From assembly GCA_963716395.1 (NCBI GenBank), contig OY970309.1:2880001-2944000 (forward strand): 64,000 nt of DNA, read 5' to 3'. The notes under the pieces are model-generated. The model was not told where the DNA came from. It searched no databases and was given only the letters and a program-made list of their open reading frames with translations. This DNA is from an uncultured Fibrobacteria bacterium. GTDB lineage: Bacteria > Fibrobacterota > Fibrobacteria > UBA11236. The position numbers and the translations under genes were made by a program. Positions 38,245 through 48,600 of this stretch are shown in pieces. The stretch's first letter is position 1. Each line of letters starts with the position of its first letter.

Positions 38245-40851
38245 ATGCGGGAAAATCATCGGAGAGAATCCGCGGGCGGTGTCGCACGAAAGCATCTTTT
38301 GACGGTGCCTTCCCCTGCGCGTGCATCGGATTTCCGGTTTTTTCATTTCGATTTGCGGCGCTTCTGGTTGACCTTGGTCTGCGTCATTCTCGGCCCTTTC
38401 GCGCCGTGGATCGCCTACTTGGGTAAATTGCGCCGGCGCGGTTTGGCGGCGCCGGGCTGGTGGCTGGTATTGGCCGCGGCTTTTTGTGCCGTGTATGCCG
38501 TATTGTGGCTGGCACCGCTGCCCTGGACCTGGATTTGGTTTTTGTACGCGGCTCTGGGTCTTTGCTCCGGCATCGGTTTTTTCCAGGCGGGCGCCGATCG
38601 TTACTTCAAACCGCTGGAACCGGCGCGCGCAGAAAGCGGCGTGGTGCGTTCCGCTTCCTGGCGCGAGAGCTTGGGCGTGGCGGCGCTGGTGGTCTATCCG
38701 GCTTTATTCGGCGCCGCGTTGTTCCGCGACGTGAATCGTTTGCGCGCCTTCGCCATCCATCTGCCGGCTTCGGTGTACACCGACGCACTGCGATTCACCT
38801 TGGAATTCGGGACGCCGTCGGCGCTGCTTTTGGCCTGGCTGGTGCGGCGCGCCGGTTTTCGCCCCGGCGTGCGACTGGTGCTGAACCTGTACGGCGGCCT
38901 GCTGGTCATCCTGGCTTGGGTCACGGTGTGGCAGCGCGCGCATCTGTTCGGATTGCGGCTGTTCGGCGCACCGGCGGGTGAGCCGTTGCTGCACGACGTC
39001 TACCGCGAAGCCGCGTTCCGGCGCGACGTGCAGGATGCGTTTTACGCCGGAGGCGTTTTTCTCGGCGCCAGTTATCTGGCTTCGGCGGCCCGCAGCTTCG
39101 TGCTGATACGGCGTGCGGTGTTCGTCGGTCTGCCGGTGCTGCTGGGCTATGCCAATCTGCTGCTGCTGCTGGGCGAAGGGGCTCCTTTCATGGCGGGTGT
39201 GCGCGAGCATCTGTACCGCGAAGGCAACTACCCGGCGTTCCGGGCCATGGCCGAAATCGAATCCGCGCGGTTTCCGGCCGCCCTGAATGTCCCCTTTCTG
39301 CAGCAAGACCTGGCCGACCTGGCCTACTTGCGCGGCGATTCCGCGGCCGCGGCGCGCTGGCGCCATCGTATCTTGCAAGTTACTGCCGACAAGCCCTATG
39401 ACGCCGACTTGCGGGAACGGATCGCCTGGGAGCAGCATGCGTTGGCCGTGCATCCGGGGTGTACGGCGCCCGAATCGCTGCAAGTGCTGCCTGTGCCGCG
39501 GGTGCGGCCGGCCGCGACCCTGGACGGAAACTGGTACGCCCTGCTCAGCGTGGTGGCGTACTTCCGTCCCGACTGGAGCGATTTCGAGATGAAAAAGAAA
39601 TTGCTCGAGGTGTCGCCCCAGGTGCAGCTTGCGGCCCCGTCTTTGAATACCGTGCCGGCGGTGGCCGAAGCCCTGGACGTGTTCGGCCTGCCTTTTTCCC
39701 CCTGCTTTCTCGACTCGGCGGGGATACATCGGGCCTTGCGCGCGGGCAAAATTCCCCTCATCAACCAAGCCGATCGCTGGATGCCGGTGGTGGGCTGGGA
39801 TCCCTGCCGCCGCGGTTATCTGTGCTACCGCTATCCCGATTCCCTGGAAAAAAATCCCTGGCTCAATCCGGCCGACAAAGAGGTCTTGTTCGGCGTGCGC
39901 ACCGGCTTGCGCCATCGCTCCGAGGTCATGCCCGATAACCTCATCACCTTTTTGTCCGAGCATGAAGTCTTGAATCACCTGCACGACATCGGCGGCGTGG
40001 CCCTGGTGCTGGGCGACAGCAATTTCGCGCCGGCCGCCGAGCGGCGCGCGGCGTACCTCACCGAATTCGGAGATGTGCTCTACCAAGACCACGATGATCT
40101 CGTGGGTGCGGCCCAGGCCTATGCGCGCGCCCAAGCGTTGTACCCCACCGATTACATCGTGGCCCGCCAGGCCTATCTCGAACGCCGCGCGCGCTGGGAA
40201 GAGGGATCGCCCTATGGACTCGAAGCCGTGTTTCGCAGCGACGTGCGCACGCGTCCGCTGCCCACCGGGCTCGACCCCGCCGAACGCACGCGCATCGTGC
40301 GCCGCATCTTGCACGGCGACCTGGGGCAATACCTGCTGGTCAACTGGCTGCAGGCCTGGCCGCGCTTCTTCGCCGTCGGCGACAGCGCGGCGCGCGACAC
40401 GTCGCGCCGCATCTTCCGCACCTGGCTCACGCTGCATCCGCACAATCCGGCGGCGCTCGATTCCATCGGCGCGGGCTTTGCGGCGCAACGACAATGGGAT
40501 TCCGCCGAAGTCTATTACCGCCGCACCATGGCGTATTACCCGTTGGGCAACGAGTACTTGGCCTACCGTCTGGCTTGGACGCTGTTCCAGCGCGGGCGGT
40601 TCGACACCATGCAGGTCTGGCTGGCGCGCTGCCCTTCGTTTCAACTCGAAGCCGGATATTTGTTGATGCGCGGCGCCGGTGACTGGAATTCGGGCCACCA
40701 CGCCGCCGCCCTGGCCGCGCTGAAAAAAAGCCTCAAGCTCGACAAGACCTTGCCGGAAACGCATGCCTGGATGGCGCGCGTGAGCGGCGCCGAAGGCGAC
40801 ACCGCCCTGCGCAACCTTTCCCGGCGGTGGCTGCAAAGGACGGAACCGTGA
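38245..40851 (+). CDS. Multi-TM TPR protein with an inactive C39-peptidase-like domain (start uncertain, 38200-38300)
   Basis: About 8 TMs and TPR helices. LPVP..GNWYALLSVVAYF...ALRAGKIPLI...RWMPVVGWD...YLCY follows the C39-like scaffold without Cys, His or Asp. Confidence 0.65.
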   Translation: MRENHRRESAGGVARKHLLTVPSPARASDFRFFHFDLRRFWLTLVCVILGPFAPWIAYLGKLRRRGLAAPGWWLVLAAAFCAVYAVLWLAPLPWTWIWFLYAALGLCSGIGFFQAGADRYFKPLEPARAESGVVRSASWRESLGVAALVVYPALFGAALFRDVNRLRAFAIHLPASVYTDALRFTLEFGTPSALLLAWLVRRAGFRPGVRLVLNLYGGLLVILAWVTVWQRAHLFGLRLFGAPAGEPLLHDVYREAAFRRDVQDAFYAGGVFLGASYLASAARSFVLIRRAVFVGLPVLLGYANLLLLLGEGAPFMAGVREHLYREGNYPAFRAMAEIESARFPAALNVPFLQQDLADLAYLRGDSAAAARWRHRILQVTADKPYDADLRERIAWEQHALAVHPGCTAPESLQVLPVPRVRPAATLDGNWYALLSVVAYFRPDWSDFEMKKKLLEVSPQVQLAAPSLNTVPAVAEALDVFGLPFSPCFLDSAGIHRALRAGKIPLINQADRWMPVVGWDPCRRGYLCYRYPDSLEKNPWLNPADKEVLFGVRTGLRHRSEVMPDNLITFLSEHEVLNHLHDIGGVALVLGDSNFAPAAERRAAYLTEFGDVLYQDHDDLVGAAQAYARAQALYPTDYIVARQAYLERRARWEEGSPYGLEAVFRSDVRTRPLPTGLDPAERTRIVRRILHGDLGQYLLVNWLQAWPRFFAVGDSAARDTSRRIFRTWLTLHPHNPAALDSIGAGFAAQRQWDSAEVYYRRTMAYYPLGNEYLAYRLAWTLFQRGRFDTMQVWLARCPSFQLEAGYLLMRGAGDWNSGHHAAALAALKKSLKLDKTLPETHAWMARVSGAEGDTALRNLSRRWLQRTEP

Positions 40852-43274
40852 TGGCCGCCGCGGCGACAAACCCGGAAGAAACCGCGACGGATCACGGATT
40901 GCCGGGATTCGTCTATCCCCTCATGTTCCTGGGCGGCAGCCTGCCGCTCTGGCCCTTCCTTGCGCGCTTGCGCTCGCGCTGGCTGCGCGCCGTGGTCTTG
41001 GGCCTGCCGCTGGTCGAATTTTTACTGCCGGTGACCCTGCCGTGGAATTGGCTGCTGGTGGCGCCGACGCTGATCGCTTTGCAGGCCGGCTTCGCCGTGC
41101 TCTTCCTGCTTTTCATTCCGCCGCTCCGTCGGGCGCGGCCGCCGGGAGGCGCGGGCGAACGGCTGCGCCGCGGGCTGGCATTGGCCGCCGCCGGCTTGCC
41201 TTTCGGACTCATTCTCGTGGGCATGGAGCAATGGCTGACCGATGCCTTATGGAGCAGCTATTACCCGGTCAACTCTTCCATCGATTCGATTTCGCAGGAG
41301 GTGGGCGCGGCGTGGGTGCTGTTTGCCGTGGTGCTGGCCTTTTCCGCCTTTCACGTGTCGCCCTGGTTGCGGCCGGCCACGCCTCTGCGCGTGCTGCGCC
41401 TTTTGTTCTGGACCTTCGCGGCTTATCTCGTCGTGCATCAGTTATACCTGGTGCTGGTGGCCATTCCCGAATGGCAAACCGACGTGCGCGAGATTTTTCC
41501 GCCTTGGGTGGTGGCGTTGCGCGAACTCGTTTTCCAACTGCTGGTGTATGCCGGCGTGCCGGCGGCCCTGGGCAGCTTGTTCCGCCGCCGGGGCCGCGCG
41601 GCGTTGCGGGAATTCGGATTGTCCCTGGCGTCGGTGGCCTTGGCCTTGGTGGCGCTGGCCTGGGTCAGCGGCATGCCCATTCACGACGCGCTGCTGCTCG
41701 GCCAAAATGCGGAGAAATCGGGACGGCCTGCACGGGCGATTCCGTGGTACGGGCGCGCGCTGACCTGGAGCCAGTCCGACAAGCTTAAATCGTATCTGCA
41801 ATTCCATGTCGGATTGCTGTACCGCAAGACCGGCAAGCTCGAGGCGGCCCGCGACGCCTTTTTGCGCGTGCTGGTGCGCTACCCGCATGATGAGGATTTG
41901 CTGGCCGACGCCGACGAATTCAAAGATAAATTGCAAGTCGGCGCGGGCACCCGCGGTCGGCGCGTGGTCATTCCCGGCATCGAAGCGCGCACCGAATACA
42001 AGGCCGCCTATTGCGTGCCCAATTCGCTGGGCCTTATTCTCAATTTCTGGGGTGACCGGCTGGGCGCGAAAAAAATCGGATCGGAAATCACCGAGTTGGA
42101 TCGCGGCAGCCTGCTCACCGATGAGGTGTACTTCGCCGAAGAGCGCGGCTTCACCAGCCTCGTGCTTCCCTTGTGCACTTTGCAACAGGTGTTCCGCCTC
42201 ATCGATCACGGCATCCCCGTGCTGGCCTTCATCCCCGGCCACGTGCTGGCGGTCTTCGGCTATGATCAGGCCCTGGGAACCTTGGTCACCTACGATGTGA
42301 GCACCTTCGACATCTGGGACGACGAACGCTGGAACGATTTCGGCTCGGATTGGTGCAAAACCTTCAACACCTTGGGCGTCGTGGTGCCCAAAGCCATGCT
42401 GCCGGCGGTGCGCGCGGTGTTGGGCAGCGACGTCGAGCAGCGGTCGGAAGCTTATCTGCAATACCTGCTGGCGTCGATGACCGAGGGCGATCCCGACTTG
42501 CGCGAGCATCGGATGCGGCGCGCCCTGGGCCGCGGATTCTTTCCGGCCGACTGGGATTACCACGCCCTGTTCGGCGACACGTCGGCGCCGTCTACGCCCG
42601 ACTCCGAGGCCGTGCGCTTCCTGCTGGCGCATGAAACCGGCGATGACCCGCCCATGGATTTCGCCGCCGATTGCATTTGGCGCGGCCATCCGGACGTGGC
42701 CATCGACTTTCTGCAAAAGCTCGGGACCGCGGCCAGCGGCGGGTTGTCGCCGCAATTGCTGACGGCCCTGGCCGCGGCCGAATTGAGCCGGGGACAGACC
42801 GATTCGGCCGTCGCCACCCTGGCGCAGACGCCGCCGGAAACGCTCGATCCGGCTTCGGCCGCGTTTCTTTTGCGCGCCGCCGAACGCGAGGGCATCGATG
42901 ACGACGCGTGGGTCGAGCGACTCAGCCAGGATTTGCTCGGCCGCGAAGAATTGCGGGGCGACGAAGCGCGCCTGGCTTTCGCAGCCTGGCGGCGCAACGC
43001 CGATGTGGGCCCGCGCAATCTCGACGGCGTCCTGGATCAAACTCAGGCGTATCTGGATCAATGGGAGCCCTACGACACCACGGCCATCGTGGATTTACGC
43101 TTGCTGCTCGGCCGCAAGGTGTTCCGACCCGGCGACGAATTGGCCCAGCATGCCTGGCATAAGCAGGATCGCCTGCTGCACATGCGGCTGACGCGCCTGC
43201 GCTGGGCCGCCGAAGAGCCGCCCCCGGCGAACGGACCCCGACGGCCTTCCGTGCGGCGTCGACACGGCTCCTGA
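40851..43274 (+). CDS. Multi-TM TPR protein with a C39-like cysteine peptidase domain
   Basis: About 8 TMs, TPR; AYCVPNSLGLILNFWG, GIPVLAFIPGHVLAVFGYD, LVTYD. TGATG coupling to the upstream gene. Confidence 0.75.
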   Translation: MAAAATNPEETATDHGLPGFVYPLMFLGGSLPLWPFLARLRSRWLRAVVLGLPLVEFLLPVTLPWNWLLVAPTLIALQAGFAVLFLLFIPPLRRARPPGGAGERLRRGLALAAAGLPFGLILVGMEQWLTDALWSSYYPVNSSIDSISQEVGAAWVLFAVVLAFSAFHVSPWLRPATPLRVLRLLFWTFAAYLVVHQLYLVLVAIPEWQTDVREIFPPWVVALRELVFQLLVYAGVPAALGSLFRRRGRAALREFGLSLASVALALVALAWVSGMPIHDALLLGQNAEKSGRPARAIPWYGRALTWSQSDKLKSYLQFHVGLLYRKTGKLEAARDAFLRVLVRYPHDEDLLADADEFKDKLQVGAGTRGRRVVIPGIEARTEYKAAYCVPNSLGLILNFWGDRLGAKKIGSEITELDRGSLLTDEVYFAEERGFTSLVLPLCTLQQVFRLIDHGIPVLAFIPGHVLAVFGYDQALGTLVTYDVSTFDIWDDERWNDFGSDWCKTFNTLGVVVPKAMLPAVRAVLGSDVEQRSEAYLQYLLASMTEGDPDLREHRMRRALGRGFFPADWDYHALFGDTSAPSTPDSEAVRFLLAHETGDDPPMDFAADCIWRGHPDVAIDFLQKLGTAASGGLSPQLLTALAAAELSRGQTDSAVATLAQTPPETLDPASAAFLLRAAEREGIDDDAWVERLSQDLLGREELRGDEARLAFAAWRRNADVGPRNLDGVLDQTQAYLDQWEPYDTTAIVDLRLLLGRKVFRPGDELAQHAWHKQDRLLHMRLTRLRWAAEEPPPANGPRRPSVRRRHGS

Positions 43275-43335
43275 TTTCCGGCTTTCACGGGCCGGCGCTG
43301 GATCCGGCGTTCCGATCCAGCGTATATTTTCGGCC

Positions 43336-43620
43336 ATGGACAAAGCCTCGGAAAGCATGCCCCAGAACTTGATCGCCAAGCGCAACTGGGTCGATGAATT
43401 GGCCTGGTACCTGATGGTGATGGGCTTCATCGGCCTGCTGTTCGCCGGTCTGTGTTTTTTTCTGTTCCGCAACCATCCCCTGACGTACGCCAATTACAGC
43501 CTCAACGCGAACGTGCTCGGCAAGTATCTGCTGCTGGCCGGCATGGCGTCCTACGCGCTGGGGCGCATCATCTATTACGTGCGCCGTTTTCGCCGGCGGC
43601 GCCTCGAACATCGCCCATGA
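43336..43620 (+). CDS. Small two-TM membrane protein
   Basis: Two hydrophobic helices, Arg-rich C-tail, ATGA overlap with the ABC ATPase. Confidence 0.75.
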   Translation: MDKASESMPQNLIAKRNWVDELAWYLMVMGFIGLLFAGLCFFLFRNHPLTYANYSLNANVLGKYLLLAGMASYALGRIIYYVRRFRRRRLEHRP

Positions 43621-44519
43621 TCGAGGTCCGGGAGCTTCGCAAAACCTATCACCTCGGTTTTTTCCGGCGTCCCTTGCCGGCCTTGCGTGGCGTTACCCTG
43701 ACCGTGGGCGAAGGGGATTTGTTCGGCTTCATCGGCCCCAACGGGGCGGGTAAATCCACCACCATCAAGATTCTTCTCGGCCTTCTCTTCGCCGACGGCG
43801 GCAGCGCTTCGCTCATGGGTCGGCCGGCCGGTTCGGCCCTCAGCCGCCGTGAAGTGGGGTACCTTCCCGAACAGCCCTATTTTTACGACTACCTCAGCGG
43901 TGCCGAGTTTCTGCGCTTTTACGGCGGCCTGTCGCGGCTTTCCGGCCTTCTGCTGCGCCGGCGGATGGAAGAATGCTGCCAACGCACCGGCGTGCAGCCG
44001 GAATGGCTGCACCGCAAACTGCGCACCTACAGCAAAGGCATGTTGCAGCGCATCGGCCTGGCGCAGGCGTTGCTGTCGCATCCGCGCCTGGTGATCTTCG
44101 ACGAACCCATGTCGGGGCTCGATCCGTTGGGCCGGCGCGAGGTGCGGCAATTGCTGCTCGGCCTGCATGCCGAAGGCGTGACCGTGTTTTACTCGAGCCA
44201 CGTGCTCTCCGACGTCGAAGCTGTGTGCACGCGGCTGGCCATGGTGGTGGGCGGCACGGTGCGGCGGCAGGGCACGGTCGACGAAGTGGTGGCCGGCGAA
44301 AAAGAAAGCTTTCTCGTCACCCTGGAAAAACCGGCGCAGCCGCCGGCGGGACCGCGCTGGCGCCAAGCCGATGCGCTGCATGTCGAATGCGCGGATCAAG
44401 CCGGCAAAATGGAATTTCTGCAATGGGCCCTGGCCCAGGGCCTGGGCATCGTCACCGTCGAACGCCGCCGTCCTTCGCTCGAAGACGTGCTGGCCGAAGA
44501 GGCCGCGCGCGCGCTATGA
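43617..44519 (+). CDS. ABC transporter ATP-binding protein (PilH-like exporter type)
   Basis: GPNGAGKST, YSKGMLQR, FDEPMSGLDP, SSH. Confidence 0.93.
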   Translation: MIEVRELRKTYHLGFFRRPLPALRGVTLTVGEGDLFGFIGPNGAGKSTTIKILLGLLFADGGSASLMGRPAGSALSRREVGYLPEQPYFYDYLSGAEFLRFYGGLSRLSGLLLRRRMEECCQRTGVQPEWLHRKLRTYSKGMLQRIGLAQALLSHPRLVIFDEPMSGLDPLGRREVRQLLLGLHAEGVTVFYSSHVLSDVEAVCTRLAMVVGGTVRRQGTVDEVVAGEKESFLVTLEKPAQPPAGPRWRQADALHVECADQAGKMEFLQWALAQGLGIVTVERRRPSLEDVLAEEAARAL

Positions 44520-45319
44520 AAATCCTGTCGGTGTTGGCCCTGAACGCTTTTCGCGAAACCGTGCGCGACAAAATCCTCTACAACCTGGTTTTTTTCGGAT
44601 TGGGGCTCATCGCCTTCTCGCTGTTGCTGGGGGATTGGTCGGTGTTCGCGCGGGAAAAAATCATCAAGGATTTCACCTTGGCCGTGATGTCGCTGTTCGG
44701 CCTGCTCATGGCCGTGTTCGTGGGCGTCGGGCTGATTCAAAAAGAGATTCAGCGCAAAACCGTGCTGACTTTGCTGGCGCGCCCCTTTCCCCGTTGGCAA
44801 TTTTTGGTGGGCAAATACCTGGGATTGCTGGCCGTACTCCTCGTCAACGTGGTGGTGATGACGGTTTTCTTTTACGTCCTCCTGTGGCTGACGCATTCGC
44901 ATCCGACCTTTTCCCTGCTGCGCGCCATTTATCTGGTGTACTTCGAAATGGCCGTGATTGTGGCCGTGGCCCTGTTCTTCTCGGCTTTTTCCACCCCCGT
45001 GTTGTCGGCGCTGTTCACCTTGGGCGTGTATGCGGCCGGCCACCTGGCCGGAGAAATCATCCAGCATCTCGACTTTCTCCGGCGCTACGGCCAACACTTG
45101 CCGGGCATCGAACTCATGCCGATTTGGCTGCAACGCGGCATGCGTGTGGCCTATTACTTCATCCCCAATCTCTCCGACTTCAACATCCGCGATCGCATCG
45201 TATACGCCCTGCCGCTGCCGCCGCATTACCTTCTGCGCACCTCGGTTTATGGCGGGTTTTGGGTTGCGTTTTTTCTCTGCGCCGCGTGCCTGGTTTTCCG
45301 CCGCCGCGATTTCGTCTGA
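44516..45319 (+). CDS. ABC transporter permease (PilI/ABC-2-like)
   Basis: NAFRETVRDKILY, KEIQRKTVLTLLARP, GKYLG, C-terminal FRRRDF; ATGA overlap. Confidence 0.88.
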   Translation: MKILSVLALNAFRETVRDKILYNLVFFGLGLIAFSLLLGDWSVFAREKIIKDFTLAVMSLFGLLMAVFVGVGLIQKEIQRKTVLTLLARPFPRWQFLVGKYLGLLAVLLVNVVVMTVFFYVLLWLTHSHPTFSLLRAIYLVYFEMAVIVAVALFFSAFSTPVLSALFTLGVYAAGHLAGEIIQHLDFLRRYGQHLPGIELMPIWLQRGMRVAYYFIPNLSDFNIRDRIVYALPLPPHYLLRTSVYGGFWVAFFLCAACLVFRRRDFV

Positions 45320-45646
45320 ACGGGTTCCGGGCCTTGGCCGGGGCGTGGGCACAATCATTTCCCGCTTGCAAGCAGCGGGCAGGGGGGTGAGGCGCGTCTT
45401 GGGCCCAAAACCGGGTGGAAGCTTGAGGGAAAAAGAAAAAAGTGAAACAAGCGGTACAAATGGGGAAATGGAACTTGAATTGAGGGGCCGGGGCAGGCGA
45501 TTTGAGATGGGGCGAAAGGAGTCTGGTTGGAAAAGAGGTTTCGATTTGCCGATGGGCCGGCTGCGAACGCCCTGTTCCCGCATGCATACTAATGGAACTG
45601 CTGGGTGGACGCGATCATGGTCTCCCCGAGGGGGGAGACGGGAATC

Positions 45647-48600
45647 TTGACGCGTAAACTCCGATTTTTAGCAGGGACGGTGTTGTGCTCGGCCGTCACG
45701 CTTTCCGCGCAAGTCGTGGTGGATAAAACCTGCGCGGCCTGTTCGCGGCTCAAGAACGACTCCCTGAATCTGCTGGTCCGGAACATCCGGGTGAACCAGG
45801 TCGGCTATTTGCCCGACGACCCGAACAAAGCCGCCTTCGTCGCCAACCCCTCCTCGCAAACGTTCAGCGTCGTGGAAGCGTCGACCCGGAAAACCGTTTT
45901 TACCGGAACCTTGAAGGATGTAGGGAGCTATACCGAAGGCGCCATGGCCATCTATTCCTATTACAACTCCATCACCCCGCTGGACAGCCTGATCCGCCCG
46001 GCGGTCAACGATCATTTGTACCGCGCGGATTTTTCGGCCTTCACGACGCCGGGCGTTTATTTGCTCACTTGCGGTTCCGACACCTCGTCGCATTTCAGCC
46101 TCGACCCCAAGGTTTACAACTACGTCTTCGAGACCTCGCTGAAATTTTTCGGGGCCCAACGCTGCGGCGACACGCATAGCTGGATGCACAAGGCCTGCCA
46201 CCTGAAGGATGGGGATTTTCTGGGCCCGCAATACGCGGGCGCGTTGACCGGCGGCTGGCACGACTGCGGCGATCACATCAAGGTGGGCGAAACCATCGGC
46301 TACGCGGCCTCGGTGTTGGCCATGACCTATGTCTTCTTCCCGCAAAAGGCCGAAGACTTTTTCGGCGCCTCCTATTCCGACACCTTGCCCTTCGGGAACG
46401 ACGGCATTCCCGACGTGCTGTACGAAGCCAAAATCGGCGCCGATTTCATTTTGAAGCTGTACAAGGTGAGCAAGCAACTGGGGTTGATCGACCAGGGTGA
46501 CATGTACCACAGCATCATCGACCTGGAGGATCATCAATACTGGGACGTACCCGAACACCAGGACCTCGCACCCCACAGCAAAGGCGGTCCGCCGCGCACA
46601 CCCCGGGCCGGCATCGGCGCCAACGTGGCGGGCATGTATGCCGCGGCCCTGGCCTTCTTCAGTTGGGGCTGGGAACCTTTCGATCCCGCCTATGCCCAGG
46701 AATGCCTGGCGGCGGCCACGGATATTTACGACAAGATCGTCATTCCCAAGCGGGGAACGCCGACGCTGAACGAGCAGGGACTCTACACCGGCGGCGGGGA
46801 GACCCGGGACGATGAGGCCCTGGCCGCCTTAGCCCTGTGGTATGCCACCAAGGATCCGCGCTTCCGCAAGGACCTGTTGGAAAATACGGCCCTCGGCAGC
46901 GACAATACGGCCCAATTCAACCAGGGCATTTTCCCCGCCGGCCTGCTGGCCTACGGCAACGGCAGGCCTTTCGCGCCCGGCGGTTGGACCTCGGATTACC
47001 AGAACACCTTCGTCTACGTGTTGTACGGCCTTTCCAAATTGATCGTCGGCAACCATGCCACGGCCGCGGCTTATGGAATCTCCGCAACCGTGGCGGACTC
47101 CCTCAACCAGGATGCCGTCGCGGCCTTGAAGCGTCTGGTGCAAACGAATTCCAACGGCAGTACCACCTACGGCGCCATCCACGCCGACGAACCCTACCAC
47201 GGCGTGTTCACCAGCGTCGCCTGGGGCTTCAACCGCTACAACATGGGCACGGTGATGGGTCTGTTCTTCTACTGGGATCTCACCCACGACCCGCTGTATT
47301 ACAACATCGGCATCGACAACCTCAATTACATCCTGGGCATGAACCCCTGGGACATCAGCTTCATCATGGGGACCGGAGAAAAGAACCTGCAGCACCCGCA
47401 TAATCGCGCCGCCAACCCCGAAGGCTACAATGCCGGCGGCCTTCCCTACGATTACACTTGCCCCAAGGGGGCACTGATGGGCGGGGCTAGCCCCGACAGC
47501 GGCGTTCTCATCGACAAATGGGATTCCTATGTCAACACCGAAACCTGCATCGACTTCTCGGCGCAGCTCATCACCTCGTTGCAAATGCTGGCCATGGATC
47601 TCCCTCCCGATACGACGGGGCCCAAATTCCGCAACGTCAATATTTTCCCCGACGTCACCACGGCCTTGGTGATCTGGTCCACCGACGAAATCTCCCGCGA
47701 CACCCTCTTCGTGCTCGACGCGCCGGGAGGCAAGGTATTGCAAACCCTGCCCGACGACTCCCTGGCGCGCAACCACCAAATCACGGTGTCGGGCCTGACG
47801 GCCAATACCACCTATTACGTCTACTTCGCGGGTATCGACATCCACAACAACTATACGGTGGACAAGAACAACGGGCAGTATTGGAAATTCACCACCAAGG
47901 CCGCCCTCGTTCCCGCCGCCATCACCCAGGTCAAGGTGTGCAACGAAACCGATCAAAGCGCCATGGTGACGTGGTGGACCCGCAACGGGTATTACTCCAG
48001 CGAGGTGGATTACGGCAAAACCACGGCCTTGGGCCAGACCCAGTCCCCCGACGACGCGGGCATCCCGACGATGTTCCACCAAGTGACCCTGCAGCAATTG
48101 GACGCCGCCACCCTGTATTACTTCCAAGTCGTGTCGGGCGCCACCACGGACAACAATGCCGGGAACTTCTACAACTTCAGCACCACCCAGGTCCTGGTCG
48201 ATTACACCATCCGTATCAAGCCCACCAACAAGGACGACGGCGGGAAAGGCACCCATTTCTACATCGACGTGACCAATAACGAAAACCGGCCATATTACGG
48301 CCTCGAATTGCGTTTTTATTTCACCGCCGACGCCACCACGGCCCACGACCTGGTCGCGCGGGGATTCGACCACCAGCGCTTCGACGTAGGCGGCGTCGCC
48401 ATACCCCTGAACATCACCTACGGCGCCGCGCAGCAGGTGCCGGGAACCACGGATCAATGGTATTTCCCCATCACGCTCAACGACACCTTGTCGGTCGCGT
48501 CGCGCGCGCGGTTCGATCTCCAAATAAATTCCGGCGGCCCGAACGGGTACAACGACCAGCCTTTCTCCTTCTTCCAGAACGCCTGGTCGATACGCGCCCA

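Noticed and set aside
45400-45560. Purine-rich tract upstream of GH9 as an ncRNA or small ORF
   Set aside because: No convincing structure, repeat or credible ORF seen; probably promoter or leader DNA.
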